Source of the DNA: Bryobacterales bacterium
Lineage (GTDB): Bacteria; Acidobacteriota; Terriglobia; Bryobacterales; Bryobacteraceae
Assembly (NCBI GenBank): GCA_027324255.1
Contig: DAHVTI010000320.1
Coordinates: 1,409-65,408 of the forward strand
DNA length: 64,000 nt
Direction: 5' to 3'
The notes under the pieces were generated by a model, which saw only the letters and a program-made list of their open reading frames with translations, was not told the DNA's origin and did no database searches. The translations under genes and the position numbers were made by a program. Positions 60,556-64,000 of the stretch are shown in pieces. Numbering within the stretch: the stretch's first letter is position 1; each line of letters opens with the position of its first letter.

Positions 60556-60762
60556 TTACTTCGCCTTCTTCTGCTTCTGCTGGCCGACGCGGATCTTGAA
60601 CTGCTTCTGCTGCATGTCTTCCCACGCCTTCCAGTCGAAACGCTTGCTGGCCTCGGCCAGGTAAGTGTCAACATCGGCGCCCTTCGGCAGCACGGCCATC
60701 AGGGTCGCTTCCTGGCCCTGGGGCCCGGTGATGCGGAAACGACGGACATTCGGAATCGACAT
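60556..60762 (-). CDS. 68-aa basic hypothetical protein (MSIPNVRRFRITGPQGQEATL...KIRVGQQKQKKAK)
   Basis: Own extended -10 (TGCTATATT) and terminator; strongly biased codons; start moved from 60810 to ATG 60762. Confidence 0.75.
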   Translation of the reverse strand: MSIPNVRRFRITGPQGQEATLMAVLPKGADVDTYLAEASKRFDWKAWEDMQQKQFKIRVGQQKQKKAK

Positions 60763-60769
60763 AACCCTT

Positions 60770-61657
60770 TCAATATAGCAGAGACCGCAGACTCTCCACC
60801 ACATCCTCATGCCGGAACCGGAATCCGGCCGCCAGGGCCACCCGCGGCTCTGCCCGCTGGCTGCCGGTCAGGATCTCCGCCATCTCGCCGAACAGCAGTT
60901 GGAGTGCCGCTTGCGGCACGGGAAAGACCGCCGGGCGTCTCAGAACTCCCCCGAGGGCCTTGGTGAAGTCTTTGTTTTGAATTGGATTGGGGGATACTGC
61001 ATTGAGCGCTCCGCGCACTGAAGACTGGCCGGCGGACCATGCCATCAGCCGCACTGCGTCCTCCACGTGGATCCACGACATCCACTGCTTGCCGCCCGCC
61101 AGCGGGCCTCCGGCACCGGCCCGGAACGCCGGCAGCATCTTGGCCAGCGCGCCGCCCCCCTTTCCCAGCACGACCCCCAGACGCAGTTTGACGACCCGGA
61201 TGCCCAGTTCCGCGGCCGCGTCCGCCGCTGCCTCCCATTCCCGGCAGACCTCCGGCAGGAAGCCCCTGCCCGCAGGCGAGTCCTCAGTCAATACCTCGTC
61301 GCCGCGCGATCCGTAGTACCCCATCGCCGATGCGCTCACCAGCACCTCCGGCCTCACTGCCAGCCGGCTCAGCGTCTCCACCAGGTTTCGCGTTCCATCC
61401 ACACGGCTGCGCCGGATCCTCTCGCGCGCCGCCTTCGTCCAGCGCTGCGCCACAGGCTCACCCGCCAGGTGGATCACCGCCCCGGCTCCTTCCAGGCTCT
61501 CCGGCGGAGGCGGGCCGGCCGGCGGGTCCCATGCGTAGAAGCCGGGCTCCCCGGGAATCCTCCGGCTCAGGATTCGCAACTCATGTCCCTCGCCGCGGAG
61601 CGCCTCCGTGAGCTGCCGCCCCAGGAAACCCGTGGCTCCCGTCAGTGTGATGCGCAT
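60770..61657 (-). CDS. TIGR01777 NAD-dependent epimerase-family oxidoreductase (YfcH-like)
   Basis: MRITLTGATGFLG, VIHLAGE, SASAMGYYG, KLRLGVVL, QWMSWIH. Confidence 0.9.
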   Translation of the reverse strand: MRITLTGATGFLGRQLTEALRGEGHELRILSRRIPGEPGFYAWDPPAGPPPPESLEGAGAVIHLAGEPVAQRWTKAARERIRRSRVDGTRNLVETLSRLAVRPEVLVSASAMGYYGSRGDEVLTEDSPAGRGFLPEVCREWEAAADAAAELGIRVVKLRLGVVLGKGGGALAKMLPAFRAGAGGPLAGGKQWMSWIHVEDAVRLMAWSAGQSSVRGALNAVSPNPIQNKDFTKALGGVLRRPAVFPVPQAALQLLFGEMAEILTGSQRAEPRVALAAGFRFRHEDVVESLRSLLY

Positions 61658-63072
61658 GGCTCCTCCGGCTTCAGGCGAAATGGATCCTGCCCGGTCTGCT
61701 CCAGGTGGCCGATCTCGCGCAGGTACGCCTCTACATCGGTCTTGCGCTTCATGCCCTCCAGCGACATGTAGCGGATCATGCCGAAAACCGGACGCTCCTG
61801 CCAGGGCCGGTCGTGCAGGCCGAAGCACCAGAGGATGTTAGTGGAGGTGTTGGGATCCTGCCCGTCCAGCGCATAGCGGTCGTGCAGGTAGACCATCGTT
61901 TCCAGCGCGTTCTGGCAGGTGGGCGACCATTCGATAATCTTCTTGCCCCAGTACATCCGGTAGTAGCCGTGGATCTTGCCGCGCAGCAGTAGTTCCTTCT
62001 GGCAGGCGTTCCACAGCGCGTCGTGGGTGCCGGCCAGTTCGAACTGCTGGAGCGTGTAAGTGGGCTCGCGGTGGTCGGCGGCGTGCTTGCGCAGCGTTTG
62101 CTGCGCCCAGTCCGGCAGGTTCGACAGGCAAGCCGGATTCTCTGTATGACGGGCGAAATTGAACGCCAGTTCTCGGCGTACGATCAACTCCTCCAGGAAG
62201 TCGTCGGCGATCAGCCTGTGCTCTTCCGCGTGCCTCCGCGCGGCCAAGGCCACCTCCAGTGAGGAGATCTGCCCGAAATGCAGGTACGGGCTCAAGTCGC
62301 TGGTGGCGTGCGCGGCGGGATGATTCTTCTCGCGCGCGTACCGCCGCAGGTTCCTGGCCAGGAAGTGCGCCAGCGCTTGCTCCGCCGCCTGCCGCCCGCC
62401 GGTATAGGACAGCGATGGGCGCACGCCGTGGTCGATCTCGCACTCCCCCATCAGTCCCGCGATCCGCTGCGGCCCGACCGGCGTGTGGAACTCCGGCGAC
62501 GGTCCCTGCCAGCGCCGCCGCACCGCGCTCTGCGGGCACGGCTTCAGGTACTCCGCCAGCAGCCGGGTGATCTTGGGCCGGATCGTGTAGGCCGCGTATT
62601 CGCGCTTCTCCAGTACGCTCATCGGCACGATGCAACTGGAGTCCACGGCCTCGTAGGACACCTTCACCCTCTCCGGCACTCGTGCGTTGTGCCGGGCCGC
62701 GATGAATGCCGGATAGTCGTCCGTCACGACGCAGGCGGCCTCCGCGGCCAGCCGGTACAGCGCTTCGTTGGCATCCTCCCGCCCGCGCCGCGGATGAAAA
62801 CAGTACCCGATGCCCAACCCCTCCAGCCGGCGGGCCGTCTCCGGCGCCCCCTCCAGGATGAACGCGTGCATCCGGTCGCTCGCGTAATCGTAGGTGCAGG
62901 TGAGCCCCTCGTAGTAGAGGACCGGCAGGCTCAATTCGTTGGCCAGTTCGACGGCGCGGGCCAGCGCGTGGTTCGATTCCACCCGCCGGTTCATCTGCGC
63001 CCAATAGAGTACGAAACGGCCATCCGTCCTTACCGGCGCATCGTTCAGCCTTCGAATGCGGTTGTGCACCAA
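61642..63072 (-). CDS. phr: Class II CPD photolyase
   Basis: VLYWAQ..RR.ESNHAL, SDLSPYLHFGQIS, EELIVRRELA.NF, THDALWNA.Q, GKIHGYYRMYWGK, DGQDPN. Confidence 0.9.
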   Translation of the reverse strand: MVHNRIRRLNDAPVRTDGRFVLYWAQMNRRVESNHALARAVELANELSLPVLYYEGLTCTYDYASDRMHAFILEGAPETARRLEGLGIGYCFHPRRGREDANEALYRLAAEAACVVTDDYPAFIAARHNARVPERVKVSYEAVDSSCIVPMSVLEKREYAAYTIRPKITRLLAEYLKPCPQSAVRRRWQGPSPEFHTPVGPQRIAGLMGECEIDHGVRPSLSYTGGRQAAEQALAHFLARNLRRYAREKNHPAAHATSDLSPYLHFGQISSLEVALAARRHAEEHRLIADDFLEELIVRRELAFNFARHTENPACLSNLPDWAQQTLRKHAADHREPTYTLQQFELAGTHDALWNACQKELLLRGKIHGYYRMYWGKKIIEWSPTCQNALETMVYLHDRYALDGQDPNTSTNILWCFGLHDRPWQERPVFGMIRYMSLEGMKRKTDVEAYLREIGHLEQTGQDPFRLKPEEPCASH

Positions 63073-63128
63073 GTCTCCTGATGAATGCCGCCGCCGCCTC
63101 GCTACAATAAAGGTACCTCTTCCCGCCT

Positions 63129-64000
63129 ATGCGTGCCTGGAATCGAGCCAAGCTGCTTTGGAGCTACCTGCGGGGGAACGCGCGCGTCAACGCCCTGCCG
63201 GTGGAGTACATCGTCGAAACCACCGCCAAGTGCAATATCTACTGCCCGATGTGCCCGCGCGAAACCCATCCCCAGCCGAAGGAGGATATGGAGGAAGATA
63301 CCTTTCGCGCCCTCGTTTCGCACTCCGCCTCCACCGCCGAGCACATGATGCTGATCGGGCTCGGGGAGCCGCTGCTCGACCCCCGCATCTTCGACCGCAT
63401 CTCCCATTGCGCCAGCCACGGCATCTCCACGCTCATCTCCACGAACGGGACTTTGCTCGACGAAAAGGCCGCTGCCCGCCTCCTCGATTCTCCGCTCGAG
63501 CACATCACGCTTAGCTTCGACGGCTACAGCAAGGAGACCTTCGAGTTCTACCGCAAAGGCGCGAAGTTCGAGCGGGTCCGCGACAACTTCGTGCGCTTCT
63601 GCCGGATGAAGCATGCGCGGCGCTCGAAGATGCAGGTGGTGGTGCAGATGGTCCGCATGGACGGCAACCGCCACGAAGTGGAGGAATTCTCCCGCTTCTG
63701 GCGCGCCGTGCCTGGCGTGGATCTGATCCGCGTCAAGGAAGACGAGACCAACCTGATGCGGCCGGGCGCCGCCGGGGGCCGCCTTTGGAAGCACCCCTGC
63801 CACTACCTCTGGCGCGGCGCCGTGTATGTGAAGCACAACGGGGACGTCTATCCCTGCTGCCAGAGCTACATGCTCGACGGCGAGCCTGTTGGCAACGTCG
63901 GGCGCGTAAGCCTGGCGGCCATCTTCAACAGTCCGGCCATGCAGCAGATGCGACGCTTGCACGCTGCCGGCCGCGCCGGCGAGATCGGCATCTGTGCCCG
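63129..64000 (+). CDS. Radical SAM/SPASM-domain protein, 3'-truncated by the window edge
   Basis: My translation: MRAWNRAKLL...ETTAKCNIYCPMC (CxxxCxxC), IGLGEPLLD, STNG, SFDG, PCHYLW...GDVYPCCQ...VGN; absent from the track because there is no stop. Confidence 0.88.
   Translation, partial: MRAWNRAKLLWSYLRGNARVNALPVEYIVETTAKCNIYCPMCPRETHPQPKEDMEEDTFRALVSHSASTAEHMMLIGLGEPLLDPRIFDRISHCASHGISTLISTNGTLLDEKAAARLLDSPLEHITLSFDGYSKETFEFYRKGAKFERVRDNFVRFCRMKHARRSKMQVVVQMVRMDGNRHEVEEFSRFWRAVPGVDLIRVKEDETNLMRPGAAGGRLWKHPCHYLWRGAVYVKHNGDVYPCCQSYMLDGEPVGNVGRVSLAAIFNSPAMQQMRRLHAAGRAGEIGICA

Overview
High-GC bacterial chromosome segment; gene content suggests Acidobacteriota (Bryobacteraceae-like), which is inference. 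Left to right: (1) the 3' part of a large phage-tail-like TIM-barrel gene running in from the left edge; (2) 2.5-23.7 kb of sugar-catabolism and housekeeping genes: alpha/beta hydrolase, a decayed VWA gene, UroD-family protein, GH62-like glycosidase, 29-aa membrane peptide plus GRP sugar transporter, dgoD, aldo/keto reductase, ECF sigma/FecR-type anti-sigma, S9 and M24 peptidases, accBC, Gfo/Idh/MocA oxidoreductase, PQQ-type dehydrogenase, heptaheme cytochrome c, C45 hydrolase, TIM-barrel isomerase; (3) a lower-GC partial flagellar cluster at 23.9-41.3 kb (fliN/Y, fliA, flhFAB, fliRQPON, flgED, fliK, flgFGAHIJ, fliS, flaG); (4) 41.4-64 kb of mostly housekeeping genes: orphan nuoB, malQ, D-Ala-D-Ala dipeptidase, tricorn protease, HNH, comF, uup, yceH, EEP, AGE epimerase, DUF1080, hybrid kinase, mqnD, HEAT protein, a 68-aa basic orphan, TIGR01777, class II photolyase, truncated radical SAM/SPASM. 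No rRNA, intact tRNA, CRISPR array, integrase or transposase was seen. Main observations: strand GC skew flips from G-rich to C-rich across the flagellar block (possible replication terminus or inversion); many genes have a -10 hexamer 7-8 nt before the ATG (apparently leaderless); a PQQ-dehydrogenase/heptaheme/C45 operon; a tail-like gene hinting at a GTA/prophage module just upstream; and two small proteins (29 aa, 68 aa) not called at their likely starts in the ORF track. Base counts quoted are hand counts of single 60-nt lines and are only indicative.
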